Source: Eledone cirrhosa
Lineage: Eukaryota
NCBI GenBank assembly: GCA_964016885.1
Contig: OZ024740.1
Span: 410,874,001 to 410,938,000, forward strand
Length of the DNA: 64,000 nucleotides
Direction: 5' to 3'
Below are positions 26,789 to 43,148 of the stretch, piece by piece. The position numbers were made by a program, and so were the translations under genes. How positions within the stretch are numbered: the stretch's first letter is position 1; every line of letters starts with the position of its first letter. Below the pieces are notes generated by a model, which saw only the letters and a list, made by a program, of their open reading frames with translations, ran no database searches and was not told the origin of the DNA.

Positions 26789-28837
26789 ATGGATTATTAC
26801 AACATAACCACTTCAACTAAAGACATTCCTATACCTGGTAAATCTGAATTTACCAAACTTCTAATTGAAAAAGCTGACTCCTTTATGATGGATAGCTTGT
26901 TTCTATGACCAGCGCCTAAAAGGGAACTTCTATACCAAGAAACATAACTTTGGCATCGAAAAAAAGACTGAACCATTCTCCCAAGAACTCCGAGCATAAA
27001 TCTCAAGGATCACAAAAACAACTTTCGTACTGAACTACCTGTTAGACTAATCGCCCCCTCTAAATCAGATCTGGAGGTTGTTAGCAAAGCCATCTTGAAT
27101 AGAATTATCCCACAGGTTCGTTCTAATTGCTCTATTTCGAACTTAAATATATGGTTTGGTACTTCTGAAGTGATTGGCTGGTTCAACAAATTGAATAAGA
27201 AAAACAAAAAAAAAATTATTCAATTTGATATTGCCAGCTACTATTCTTCTGTTTCGCCCTCACTTCTCAACAATGCTCTATCTTTCGCTTACAAATATTC
27301 AGACATCACCACAGATGAACTTCACATTATTCTCACCGCACGTAAACCCATCCTAGAGTTCAACAATGTATATTGGACCAGAGCTGATACCTTTAACAAC
27401 TTTGACATTACAATGGGTGCATCCCATTCATCCCAATTGACAGATTTAATTGGTATCTTTATTTTGAACTCTTTGAATCGGAAAATTCCTGAACTTCGCC
27501 GTGGAATTTATCGTGACGATGGACTTTTTACTATCATAAATTGCAACATAGTTAACCTTAATATTATTAAGAACAATATACGTAATCTCTTTAACTAACA
27601 TAACTTAAAAATTGAATTTGATAACAACATCAAACTAGCTAACTTCTTGGATGTATCTCTTAATCTTGACACTGGCCTATATTACCCTTACCATAAAAAC
27701 AATGAGAATCTAAATTATGTTAATTTTAAATCTAACCATCCCACTAATATTAAGAATGCTATAGTTAGAAATATTGGAAAAAGAATATCCAACCTATCAT
27801 CTAATAAAAACATCTTTGATGCTAACGCCAATTACTATAATAACGCGCATTCTAAAGCCGGTTATCCTGATAAAATCAAATAAGTAAAGAAACCAATCAT
27901 CGAAGCTCTTACAGTAAAATAATTAATCATGATCATTCCAATAACTTTAATAAAAGACCTAGATACAAAAACATAATCTGGTATAATGCTCCTTTCTCCA
28001 TCTCTATTAATAATAATATTCCTAAATTACTCTTTAGTACCTTAAATAAATGCTTCCCTCCCTCACATATCTATAGTAAAATATTTAACAAACACACTAT
28101 AAAATTTTCCTATTCGACCTCCTTCAACATCTCCAACATTATCTCTAAGCACAACAATAAAATACTAAATAGTAAATCTCTTCCTTCCAACACTGAATAT
28201 CATAATAATAGTAATAGTACTCCCGACGTCATTGTTAACTCTAGGCTAATTTCTGCAAACCCAAATACAACGTCAAACGCAACTTCGTTAAATGTTCTTA
28301 ATCCCAATCTAAATCAAGAAACTATCATTCCTATCGTAAATAACTTCTCCAATCCAATTCCTCCTATAGATAACGTCCGTTAATAACTCTGTTAATTTCT
28401 CTAATCGCAATTGTAATTGGCCTGTTAAAAGTAAATGTCCTCTCAACAACCATTGTTTTGAAAAAAACTTAATGTATGAATGTAAAGTTATAACTGACAC
28501 CAATTCCTTTACCTATTTTGGCTCCACTTCCACCTCCTTTAAAGCTCGTCTTTATAATCATCATTCTTCTTTTAAATACCAACTTAAAAGAAACAACACG
28601 GCACTCTCAGAACTCATATGGTCCTTGAAAGACAAAAATATTAACTATAACATCTCTTGGAGGAAGGTTTGTTCTGCCTCTCCATACATGATTGCCTCTC
28701 TATCCAAAACATGTAATCTCTGTTTATGTGAGAAATTTACCATTATATCTAATTTAGATTCTATAATAAATAGACGCACTGACTTGTTTCTCTGCTTGCA
28801 TAAATTCCACAGAACATTCCATAAAGTATACAGCTAA
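26789..28837 (+). pseudogene. Disrupted PLE polyprotein (RT plus GIY-YIG endonuclease)
   Basis: STKDIPIP, VRLIAPSKSDL, QFDIASYY, FDITMGA, GIYRDDGL, NFLDVSLNL, SNHP, then CN-x-P..CP..C, MYECKV..YFGST..FKARLYNH..TALS..IW..CNLCLCEK. Several stops and frameshifts. One segment (SDKTNNLY) lies inverted at 26465-26770. Confidence 0.9.
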
Positions 28838-28877
28838 TATCTAATACTTTACCAATTTAAAATCCTTTTTCTCAAAG

Positions 28878-28963
<86 letters not shown>

Positions 28964-30125
28964 TTAAATATATACCCATCTTTCTACCTTATTTCAATGT
29001 TATTTATTATACATTATATAATACTAGTTACCCATTCTATATCATTCCTATTTATCACTTCCCTTTCTTCCTTTTTCCTTTTTTCTTTTAATTTCTAACC
29101 TCTAATCTGTACCTTTTCTTCCTAGATACTTCTCAATTCTCATTATTACTCACCACAATATATCCACTCTTCCTTCTTCCGTCCTATCACTGGCCATAAA
29201 ACTTACTATTACCCTTTTAAATACTTTATGGTATCACCTTGAAAAATCCTTCGCAAACATAAACATTTTTTTTGACGTTAGATTATTCATCCCCAATTCA
29301 TTATTTTTTCTCCCTTTCATGCTTGTCTAACTTACACATCACAACACATAAAAACAAACTTAACCCCTAACTAATATCCTTTATTACATTATATTATTAC
29401 CATTAGGAAATACTTCATAAACATACATATTTTGATGTTAAGGTCTTCTCCTTAAACACTATCTCCTTCTTTGCTTTCTGCGCTTATTTGTAAACAAACT
29501 ATTTACATATATTACACATACATATTACTTTACATAAAAACATACCTAAACACTAACTAATTCCTCTAAATTCATAATTCATCCACTCTTCTACTTCTTT
29601 TCACAATATATCCTTAAATACATTACTATTTTTATTTTTAATAATACATATCAAGAATTTCTTTCCTTCGCACATATTATTAAACCCTTCAATATTCAAA
29701 CCTTAACTTAATATTATTCTTAATACATATTAACAATTTCTTTTCATCGCACATGTTATTAAACCCTTCAATATACAAACCTTAATTTAACATTATTCTT
29801 AAATTTTTCTCTTCGTTAATTTTCAAATTCTTTTAATTTATATATTATCTTCCAACGGTTTTTAAACCTCTCTCTGTAAAACAATATATTTTTCTCAGTT
29901 ATAAAAGCTATCTCTCTCTCTCTATCAGCCATCTCTCCTCCTATCTCTTCCTTCCTCATTAGACTCCTCCCCCTCCATTCTTTACTCTCATCTCCTCTTT
30001 TTCATTCTTTCCAACACCCCCTCATTTTTTCCCAATATCACACATCAATCTAAAACTACTTTTCATATGTTGATTTAAAAGTGCACTATTCACAAGTGTT
30101 TTTTAACCTTCATATCATGTCTCCC

Positions 30126-30196
30126 TATTTTATCTGACGAAAACGCAAATGTCATCGCATGATGATACTTGTTTTTGAAATGCGCATAATAAAATA
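30126..30196 (+). ncRNA. Minimal type I hammerhead ribozyme in the PLE 3' pLTR (family E)
   Basis: TATTTTAT-CTGACGA-[stem II with TGTCATC/GATGATA]-GAAA-TGCGC-ATA-ATAAAATA. Stem I is 8 bp and stem III is the palindrome TGCGCA. The inverted copy at ~25316-25372 has lost the cleavage site. Confidence 0.88.
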
Positions 30197-30243
30197 CATC
30201 GAACTTTTTAACCATCTGTTGATCTTATAAATTATATATATAT

Positions 30244-30274
<31 letters not shown>

Positions 30275-30291
30275 CATATATATATAATTAT

Positions 30292-30382
<91 letters not shown>

Positions 30383-30597
30383 AGTGAGGTTTTTTCTACA
30401 AATTGAAAAATAACCGAGGTGTCCTACACGAGTGAAAGTATAAAGAAAACAGATGAAATCGAAAATGCAACTGGAGTCTTACTTTTAAAAAAATATATAT
30501 ATTTATCTGGTTCCTTTACCGGTTAGCGCAGTTCTGCTTTTCAAAAGTAGAGTTGAGATGGAGGGTATGTGGTTTTTCTCATATATATATATATATA

Positions 30598-31052
30598 TTT
30601 TAATATAGATGAGATTCTACAGGACTAGAACTGTTTCATTCTTTAGAAATCATCAGGAATCTGGGTATCAAAAAATAAGTATGGTATTTATAGGTCTCTT
30701 CAGGTGGTAGGAGAGGGTTGGGAGTGGGATGGGTGTAGGTCATTGGTTGATAGAAAAGGGAATTCATTAAAAGCTAATTCTTCAAAGCTATAGTTTATTT
30801 TTAGAGTAACAAAGGCAGAAAGAATCCTACAAACAAGTTAACTAACTAAAAATAAACTATAGCTTTGAAGAATTAGCTTTTAATGAATTCCCTTTTCTAT
30901 CAACCAATGACCTACACCCATCCCACTCATTACCCTCTCCTACCACCTGAAGAGACCTATAAATACCATACTTATTTTTTGATACTCAGATTTCTGATGA
31001 TTTCTAAAGAATAAAACAGTTCTAGTCCTGTAGAATCTCATCTATATTAAAA
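30598..31052. repeat. Palindromic non-coding element with HHRs (family F)
   Basis: 30598-30804 is the reverse complement of 30846-31052. It sits between (TA)n tracts. Confidence 0.9.
30612..30662 (-). ncRNA. Canonical type I hammerhead ribozyme (family F)
   Basis: The minus strand reads AGATTC-CTGATGA-TTTCTAAAGAAT-GAAA-CAG TTCTAGTC CTG-TA-GAATCT. The plus-strand copy at 30988-31038 has GAAA>AAAA. Confidence 0.88.
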
Positions 31053-31120
31053 CTTTTATACTCTGCAATGTATTGAGTACCTTACTTACTGTGGTTACCT
31101 CCGATTCAACACGGAATATC

Positions 31121-31684
<564 letters not shown>

Positions 31685-31702
31685 ATGTATATATATATAT
31701 AT

Positions 31703-31757
<55 letters not shown>

Positions 31758-31825
31758 TATATAAATATATTTATATATATATATAATTATATATATATAT
31801 ATATATCTATATCTATATATATATA

Positions 31826-31893
<68 letters not shown>

Positions 31894-31990
31894 ATTATAT
31901 ATATATATATTTATTTATATATATATATAATTATATATATATATAAATATTTATATATATATATAATTATATATATATATAAATATATAT

Positions 31991-32075
31991 TTCCTATTAC
32001 CTACTCTACTACCCTAAGTATTGAGTACTTTGGTGCGTTATGGTCCACCTGGTTCGTTACCACAATTCCTTCGTT
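31991..32075 (+). repeat. Solo 3' tip of the pLTR of the 47.6-53 kb PLE family
   Basis: CTCTACTACCCTAAGTATTGAGTACTTTGGTGCGTTATGGTCCACCTGG matches 49811-49883. Also found at 55805-55915, 56940-57027 and 62163-62250 (-). Confidence 0.85.
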
Positions 32076-32183
32076 ATATATATTTATATATATATATAAT
32101 TATATATATATAAATATATATATATATATTTATATATATATATAATTATATATAAATATATAAATATATATACATACATATAT

Positions 32184-34556
32184 ATCATCATCATCATCAT
32201 CATCAACGTTTAACGTCCGTGTTCCACGCTTGCATGGGTTTGGACGGGGGTAGTCCCACTTGAGGCAAGAGTGATTGTCTTGCTCGCATAGGACTATCTG
32301 GCAGGTTTTCTACAGTTGGATGCCCTTCCTAACACCAACCACATTTACAGTGTGGGTCTGGGAGGTTTTTACCGTGTTGCCTACACGGCCACATTACAGC
32401 ATGGACTGTGTGTTTTTTTGTCGTGACACCTACACGATCTCATTTGTTTCGGCCTGGATGGCGCGGCACCAACATAACTTTACATAGAACGGGGTGGTGT
32501 GGATGGGGTGGGGGTGGTGGTGGTGGGACGGGGTGTATTTTGTTAGAGATGCCTACTGGCTGTAGTAGGTTTTACTATGTATTTAGGTAAGGCGGGTCTT
32601 CTCTGTTACTGAGTACCGCCAAAGGTCTCGGTCCAGTGACATTGTCTTGGAGAGGTGTAAGTGTGTGAGGTCGGAGTTTATCAGCTCGTCCCAGGTTTTT
32701 CTAGGTCTGCCTATTCCGTGGCTACCGTCTATCTTTATTGCCCTGCACTTTGTTATACAGCTATCGACTTTCATGCGCATCACGTGTCCATACCAACGTA
32801 GCCTTCTCTCGAGTAAACAACATCTGATCCCTCTTATTTCTAATTTTTTCCTTAGTTCGTTTATGCTTTGCCGTTCACGTATATTACTGTTACACATCCA
32901 GCGGAGCATGCAAGCTTCGTTCCTCTCTAGTCTGCGTATATCCTCTGCACACAATGCCCAGGTCTCACTGCCATGCAACATTGCTGTTCGTATGCAGGCA
33001 TCGTACAACCTGCCTTTCATTTTTAGGGAGAACCCTTTAGCAGCTAATAGTGGTATAAGCTCTCTGAACTTTTTCCAACCAGTTCTGACTCTAGCTACTG
33101 TACTTTCAGAGCACCCTCCCCCACTGCTGATTTTATCGCCCAGGTAACGGAAGCTGTCCACTATTTCTATAGAACCCTCTGCACAATTGAAAGAGCTAGT
33201 ATTTTGTGGGCACTTGCTGCTACTTATTGCACCAGAGCACCGGCCACATGTAAAATCTATGTTCTTAGTTAGCTTACCTGTGATCCCACTACATCTTTTA
33301 TGCACCTATACTTTGCATTTAGGACATAAAATGGAGTTTCTACCTACGCCTTTCCTAAACACCGAGCACGACCATTTTCCAGAAGGGACCGCCGCCTTAT
33401 TTTCTTTCCTACAAACTAGAACTTTAGTCTTAGCCAGGTTAATTTTAAGTCCTTTTGATTCTAGGCCGTGCTTCCATGTTTGGAATTTCTTCTCTAGCTC
33501 GGCCATTGATTCCGCTATGAGTGTCAGGTCGTCTGCGTATAGGAGTTCCCATGGGCAGTCGGTCTTGAACTCCTCTGTTATAGCCTGAAGGGCAATAATA
33601 AATAGTAGGGGGCTGAGAACAGAGCCCTGATGGACGCCAACTTTTACGCTAAACTCTTCACTATATTCGTTGTTAATTCTAACCTTGCTGACTGTTTCTT
33701 TATACATGGCTTGTATAGCTCTCACAAGCCATTCGTCAACGCCTAGTTTTCTAAGAGCCCACCAGATAATGGAGCGGGGGACTCTGTCGAAGGCTTTCTC
33801 CAAGTCGACAAAAGCTAAGTAGAGGTGTTTACCTTTAGCTAGGTACTTCTCCTGTAGTTGTCGTACAATGAAAAGAGCGTCTGTGGTACTTTTGCCTGAC
33901 ACAAACCCGAACTTCATTTCATCTAGGTCAATTCTCTCTCTGATTAGTTGCGCTATTACTTTTTCCGTGACCTTCATGACCTGGTCGATTAATTTAATGC
34001 CTCTATAGTTACTCCTATCTAGGGCGTCTCCTTTACCCTTATAACAGTTAACGATGATGCTGCTATGCCAGTCCTTCGGAACAACCCCATTCTGTACGAC
34101 TTGGTTAACTATGCCGGTGACCATGGTGTGTCCCACCGTGCCAGATGCCTTCAGCATCACAGCAACTATTTCCGAAGGCCCAGCCGCCTTACCCGTCTTC
34201 ATATCCTTGATTGCCTTACTTATTATACTCCCCTCGACTAACACTGCTGGTCCCTCTATTGGGTCGATATGGGGGAGACTGTCTTTCTCCCATTTATTCT
34301 CCTCATTTAGTAGCCTTTCATAGGGACACTTCCAAGCTACCTTCTTATCAGCGTCGGTGATGGCAAGTATGCCATCATCGTTAAGTACACACTTCTCCGC
34401 GACAATATCACGGTTTTCTTTGACGCATTGCCTAGCAATCCTGAACACCTCACGTTTTTGGTCCTCGCGTTGTAGAACATGCTTGAACTTTCTTTCCTCA
34501 CTTCCCTTCTTGCTAAGTACACTTGTCTCCTAGCTTCCCTCCTGGCCACTTGATAT
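32184..34556 (-). mobile_element. 5'-truncated RTE-clade LINE with a Cys/His-rich insert in the RT and a (GAT)n tail
   Basis: ORFs 33306-34448 and 32583-33305 are separated by one TAG. Motifs: NYRGIKL, FVDLEKAFDRVPR, GVHQGSVLSPLLF, LLYADD, RRLRWYGHV, GRPRKTW. The 3' UTR has GGATGCCCTTCCT and the tail is (TCA)n at 32184-32203. Confidence 0.95.
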
Positions 34557-34803
34557 TTATATATAAATATATATACATATATATATATATATATGTTGGT
34601 GTAAATTGTAGCACAGTGGTCCGGATAACCAAAGATGTGGGTTCGACTCCCATGTACGTCAATACTCATCTTTTTTCCATTTTTCAGAGGGTTCATAACC
34701 CCACTATCAGGCTAAATAATTTATTTAATTTCTTTAGTCAAAATACGGCGATAGCTTACATTTGTAATAATTTCAAACCAACTCGCTGTTTCGAAAATAT
34801 CCT

Positions 34804-34845
<42 letters not shown>

Positions 34846-34850
34846 TTATT

Positions 34851-34883
<33 letters not shown>

Positions 34884-34927
34884 ACATATATATATATATA
34901 CATATATTTATATATATATATATATAT

Positions 34928-34968
<41 letters not shown>

Positions 34969-35032
34969 TTTATATATATATAATTATATATATATATATA
35001 TATATATAATTATATATATATATATATATATA

Positions 35033-35067
<35 letters not shown>

Positions 35068-35073
35068 TTATAT

Positions 35074-35125
<52 letters not shown>

Positions 35126-35169
35126 TTATTTATATATATATATAATTATATATATATATATATATATAA

Positions 35170-35707
35170 TAAGGATATTTTCGAAACAGCGAGTTGGTTT
35201 GAAATTATTAGAAATGTAAGCTATCGCCGTATTTTGACTAAAGAAATTATTTTGCCTGATAGTGGGGCTAAGAACCCTCGGAGAAATGGAAAAAGATGAG
35301 TATTGACGTACATGGGAGTCGAACCTACATCTTTGGTTATCCGGACCACTGTGCTACTATTTACACCATCATATATATATATATATATATAAATATATAT
35401 ATTTATATATAAATATATATATTTATATATAAATATATATGTTTATATATTTATATATTTATAAATATATATACATATATATATATTTATATATATGTTG
35501 GTGTAAATGGTATCACAGTGGTCCGGATAACCAAAGATGTGGGTTCGACTCCCATGTACGTCAATACTCATCTTTTTTCCATTTCTCAGAGGGTTCATAA
35601 CCCCACTATCAGGCTAAATAATTTATTTAATTTCTTTAGACAAAATACGGCGATAGCTTACATTTGTAATAATTTCAAACCAACTCGCTGTTTCGAAAAT
35701 ATCCTTA
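35170..35707. mobile_element. Second head-to-head pair of the tRNA-headed short element
   Basis: 35170-35370 (-) and 35497-35707 (+) are separated by TA-rich sequence. Confidence 0.75.
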
Positions 35708-36053
35708 CTATATATATATATATATATTTATATTAGAGAGTGAGGTTTTTTTTACAAAATGAAAAATAACCGAGGTGTCCTACACGAGTGAAAGTATAAA
35801 GAAAAAGAGATGAAATCGAAAATGCAACTGGAGTCTTATTTTTTTTTTAAATATATATATTTATTTGGTTCCTTTCCCGGTTTCGCAGTTCTTCTGCTTT
35901 TCAAAAGGTGAGTTGAGATGGAGGGTCTGTGGTTTTTCTCACATCTATATATATATATATATATATTTATTTATATATATATATATATATATTTATATAT
36001 AAATACATATATATATATATATACATATATTTATATATATATATATATATAAT

Positions 36054-38297
<2,244 letters not shown>

Positions 38298-41200
38298 TTT
38301 GCGGCCGGACTTCTTCCATCGACTGGAGACTTTTCTAGGGACGTCCCTTTCCTTGCTTTTAGTGGGGGACTGGAATAGTATCCTAGATGCACGTTGGGAC
38401 TGTGTAGGGGCATGTCCTGATAGAGGGGTTGTAACAGCCTCATGGGGTTAATCGGCCGATTCGACCTGGCCGATAGATATCGACTAGATTTTCCGACTGT
38501 GCCAACCTGGACTTGGAGAAACCATAGCGGTCAATCTAGATCGTACCTAGATAGGTTCTTAGTTAGAAATAAGGATAGGGACTTTTTAAGTTGTCAAAAA
38601 ATGCTCATGGCTGGCTATTCAGACCACAAGTTAGTGACCCCCATGGTCAACCTTGATAGAACGCATAGACAGGGACCCGGTTTCTGGAAGCTCAACTTGT
38701 CCTTACCGGTAAGTAAAGCTTACAGGAACCGGATTAGTACATTAGTTAAGGAGCGATTGATGAGAGCCATCGTCAACCGCAGGTGGTGGGGCTCTCTCAA
38801 AAGAGAGATTAGAGTAGCTTCAATAGGAGTTAGTAAGAAGTTAGCCTCAGATATAAATAGTAAGGAAAGGGAGTTGGTAGATAGTGTAGAAGAGGCAATT
38901 AGAAGCGGCGACGTAGCCAGAGTGCTAGCGTCGAGAACGGCCTTGGGCCAGTTCTTCGACGCGAAACACGAAGGCTGCGTTGTCCGAAGCAAAATACGTG
39001 CTCTGGGAAACGAGGGGACCAAAGGTGTTAGCTGGGCCCGCGTGACAGAAGCCCAAAGTGGGACTAGATCCACTATCCGGTCTTTGCGAGACCAGGATGG
39101 ACGGGTGATCCTTAAACCAAAGCACATGTGCGAGGCCTTTCAAAGGCACTTTGCCCGATTGTTCGGAAAGGGTGAGGGGCCGGATGGGGATGTGGACCTC
39201 GGTCCATACCTCCAAGGCCTGCCGCGTCTTTCGGACCAGGAGGCGAAGTCCTGCGAGAGGCCGATCTCAGCTGCTGAAATAGGCGACGTGCTGAGCCAAT
39301 GCGGCAGACGCAAATCTCCGGGTCTCGATAGTCTTCCGTACGAACTGTATTTAAGTGTGCCGGACTTGTTCTTCTATCTCCTCGAAGCGGTCTACTGCAA
39401 CTGGCAACAGAACGGGAAAAATTCCCCGTTCTGTGACCAAGAGCGTAGTCTCGTTAGTGAGGAAGGACGAGAACAAGGGGGATGAAATAAGTAATTTTAG
39501 GCCCATAAACACTGCTAAATGCAGAGTTAAAGATTTTGGCCAAGGTGTTAGCAAAGAGGCTGGCGCTTGTCGTGGGCAACCTGGTGGGAGATGCGTAGAC
39601 ATGCGCATCAGAGAGGGAGTTGGGAACGAACCCGGCTTTGGTGGGTCCCTGATCAACTTGGATCAATCTAAGGCGTTCGATAGGGTCGACCATAGTTACC
39701 TGGATGTGGTGCTAGTGGCGGCAGGTTTCGGACCCGTTTTCAGGGGCTGGATCATTGCGATGCACAGCAGCTGCATCTGCTCTAGGGTCTAGGTGAACGG
39801 CTATCTCTAGGAGCCGTTCGAAATCACGCGGTCCATCCGACAGGGATGCTCTCTCTCCTCTCTTCTGTATATATTGGCCCTAGACCCACTGCTGCGGAAG
39901 TTGGAGTTGTTATAGGGCATCCTTTTGGAACCGGGATTGCGGAAAGCGGTGTCGGCCTACGCCGATGACGTGACAGTAATGGTGTCAACCGCCTCGGAAA
40001 TCGGAGTGATCGGCACGTTACTGGAGGAATAAGAAACGTTTACAGGGGCTAAGCTGAACCGGGACAAGTCAGTCGGTTTACAACTCGGCGAGTGGAGGGG
40101 CAAACCGATGGCCTCCAACAGCGTTGTCGGACGTTGGACGGAGGTCCCGGTGAAGATGCTCGGGGTCTGATTTAGTCCAGACCTCCAGGTGGAGCAGAAC
40201 TGGGGTGAGGTATCGAACAGGGTGTTTGCTCTGACGCGGAAGTGGGCTGAGTGCAAACTATGTCTGAAACGTCGGGCGGAGGTGGCGAACGCTTATATAG
40301 CGTCCGTCATCTATTACCGCCTAACCGTTGTGCCTTGCCCAAGGGAAACGCTCACCAAAATGGAGCGCGCACTCTTCCAATTCCTTTGGAAGAAACGGGC
40401 TCCTTTGTTGAGGAGATCCATCTGCTGTCAACACCCTTCGAAAGGAGGGCTGGGGATGCCGTGGCTGCTGATGCGTAAACACGCATTAAGGCTAGGGCAC
40501 CTCCAGGTATTCCTCACCGGTCAACCGGTGGCGAGCCTTTCCGAGACTCATCTCGCTCACCGAGCTGCAGTCCTGGGTCAAGCAAAGACCGAGAAAACTG
40601 GGCGCCTGGTACACCGAGTGTGCCCAGGGGCTCACGGCTCTCTGGCAGGCGGACCCAACTATCGGTGGAGACACCACCTCGTCATTCTATAGAGGGCTGG
40701 TGGTTAGTAGGTGCGATGACGCCCTCGGACAAGCCCTAGGCATGGAGGAAGACGAACTGGGCTAGCCTATTGGGGAGGAAATTTGGCCCGGGACCTATGG
40801 ACAACTTCCAGAAGTCCCTGGCCTGTCAGTGCTACCGAGGGGCGCTACCCGTTCGAAAAAAGCTCTACAGACACGGGCGCCCGGTTAGGGACGCCTCGAA
40901 AAAAATCTGTCTCAGATGCGTGCGCGACGAGGAAACCGTTGCGCACGCATTGGTACACTGCTCGGGCGTTGCCGATCTGTGAGACTATGTCAAACGACTG
41001 CTGTCCCGGGTGGAACCAATCCGGTTGACCACTGAGTCCATTGTAACGATCAAGCCGCCTCCCCCTTCAAAAATGAAGGAGAGGCGGTCTTCCTCTGTGT
41101 AATAGCCAATCGTGAAAGAGGTGGTATGGTGGACACGTTTGAAAGGGCTGAGGTCGGACACCTTTCTCTCCGGCCAACAACTGGTCCTTTTCTTTAAATA

Positions 41201-41548
41201 CCATTTTAAGAGAAGGATTAGAATGGAGAGAGAGGTGTTCTGCCCCAGCAAGTTTTATGAAAGGTGGGTGACAGTAGCGAGAATGGCCCGTGTGAATGGG
41301 CCTTCTCTCTTTATCAGCCTGTAGGTGGAAAGGTGGAAGTGCAAAGAAGCACCCCCTCTCTGTGCTCCTAAGGAAAAGGGTTGCACACTTTGTCGGGGTT
41401 GTGTGTAACCCCCAAAACGCCTCCTCCCTATTGAGGACTGTATTGTTAATTTTATATTTGTTATTTGTTTTTTACTCGTTCCTTTATGTAAACTCCCCCC
41501 TTGTATTTGCCCCCTTCTTTTGTGCCCTCGTGGCAAATAAATAGAAAC

Positions 41549-41550
<2 letters not shown>
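38298..41550 (+). mobile_element. L1/Tx1-type LINE copy 1, 5'-truncated in the APE domain and decayed
   Basis: Colinear with 43501-46903. Motifs SYLDRF, SDHK, NLDQSKAFDRVDH, AYADD, CLRC..ETVAHALVHC. AATAAA at 41536, then (ATCT)n at 41551-41604. Confidence 0.93.
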
Positions 41551-41605
<55 letters not shown>

Positions 41606-41753
41606 CTATGATAACAACAACACCACCAACGACAACAACAACACAAACAAACAAAAATTCTCCTTCGCCGAGACGACAAGGAAAACCCTCGACTATCTGC
41701 CAGTAGATATAACAAAAGCGAAGGAGCTACTGGCGGATGCGAAAAAATATATA

Positions 41754-43124
41754 GTGTACGGAGAAAATGGTTCATTCACAATCCATTCCCCCCCGGAACT
41801 AAAAAGCCAGAGACTCCTAAACACGGTCATGTTTAGGACAATCTCGAACAAAAGTAAAAAACCAGCTCAACCATCACAGAGCGAGATAGAGCTGGTTTTA
41901 AAAGACGTCATGAAGGACATCACCTTCATTCAGAAGGATAGACTCTACGGGAGTCTATCCATTCTCATGAAGGACAGGGACACAGCGTTGAAACTGTCCA
42001 TCAAACCAATCACATCCACCGCATACACCTTCTACCCTACGTACATGGGTAGAAGAACACAAAAAATAAAAATCCACACCATCCTGCCGATTATGGACAT
42101 ATGGTGGGTTTTGACAGGTTTTCTGGACCTGGAGGATGACATGCTGGTGTCCATGGGAAAGGCATCGGGTGACGCGTTCAGTGGAACGAGCCTCGAACTT
42201 GTAGTTCAAATGAGGCCCGAAAGGATCGCCCAGATCCCTGAACGCATCATACTGGATGCTCTAACCTTCATCAACATTACCGTTGAGGGTAGACGGCCCT
42301 CGTTTTACCTCTGCGGAACCAGAGGTCACCTGAGGGCTGTCTGTCCCCAACTTAATAAGAAAACCCAAATCCTGCCTACACCACCAACAACTGCACAACC
42401 AACACAATCACCACAACTACCACTACAAAAACAACCACCACAGCTCAAACCAAAACAAAACAATGTCCAACCCATCCCCTCCACTCAAAAAACAAAAACA
42501 ATTTCCAAAACACCCGTACCGCAAACACAACCCGAAAATATACCCCTCCCCTCCAACGCGGAAGATGACCCTAGTTCGTCGTCAGACGAGGAGGAGCACT
42601 TCCACACAATCAAAAGAAAAAAAAGAAAACACACCTCAGACACACAAATGAAAAAAAACCCTCCCCAAAACATAACACTGACACCAACACAAAAGAGCTC
42701 ACAACAACAGCAAACAAAAAACACCACACAAAAACAAAAACATGCAAACACATACATAAATACAAGAAACAAAAAACTGTTAAACATTGTGTACAACAAC
42801 AATCTAATAAAAACACAAGGGCCTAACTTCACCCAGGCAGGGGATTTCCCCCACCTCAAAATGATTAAGGCCCCACAGGACACCTATAAAACTTTAAAAA
42901 ACAATTTTAAAGAGGACGTGGGTCCCCCCTGCGTCGGGCCCATTAACCGCGTCCTCCTAAAAAACTATCCCACCCCCTCCCCAAACACCCACACAACTCC
43001 AAGCTCCCCAACCACACAACACACTGATGCCCCCACACTTCCACAAACCACCACCCCACCCAACAACCCATCCCCCACCCTAATGGAAATTGTGCAGCCC
43101 GATACCCGGGACGCAGAGAGGTAA
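41754..43124 (+). CDS. LINE ORF1 (gag-like nucleic-acid-binding protein)
   Basis: 456-aa ORF whose frame stays open upstream to the element's 5' junction. It has a degenerate zinc knuckle (VEGRRPSFYLCGTRGHLRAVCP) and a P/T/Q/K-rich tail. Confidence 0.8.
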   Translation: MYGENGSFTIHSPPELKSQRLLNTVMFRTISNKSKKPAQPSQSEIELVLKDVMKDITFIQKDRLYGSLSILMKDRDTALKLSIKPITSTAYTFYPTYMGRRTQKIKIHTILPIMDIWWVLTGFLDLEDDMLVSMGKASGDAFSGTSLELVVQMRPERIAQIPERIILDALTFINITVEGRRPSFYLCGTRGHLRAVCPQLNKKTQILPTPPTTAQPTQSPQLPLQKQPPQLKPKQNNVQPIPSTQKTKTISKTPVPQTQPENIPLPSNAEDDPSSSSDEEEHFHTIKRKKRKHTSDTQMKKNPPQNITLTPTQKSSQQQQTKNTTQKQKHANTYINTRNKKLLNIVYNNNLIKTQGPNFTQAGDFPHLKMIKAPQDTYKTLKNNFKEDVGPPCVGPINRVLLKNYPTPSPNTHTTPSSPTTQHTDAPTLPQTTTPPNNPSPTLMEIVQPDTRDAER

Positions 43125-43148
43125 GTGCCTTTTCTCTTCACCACCAAC

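Larger units (their letters stand above)
25288..30228 (+). mobile_element. Penelope-like element (YRDD-type RT, C-terminal GIY-YIG) with a ~1.15-kb inverted copy of its 3' pLTR at the 5' end
   Basis: 25288-26442 is the reverse complement of ~29060-30228. The ORF remnants are described separately. Flanked by (TA)n. Confidence 0.9.

Noticed and set aside
35490-35565. Functional tRNA gene
   Set aside because: The acceptor stem is poor, the anticodon loop is atypical (CCGGATA), and it is always fused to the same ~140-bp body, so it is a SINE-like head.
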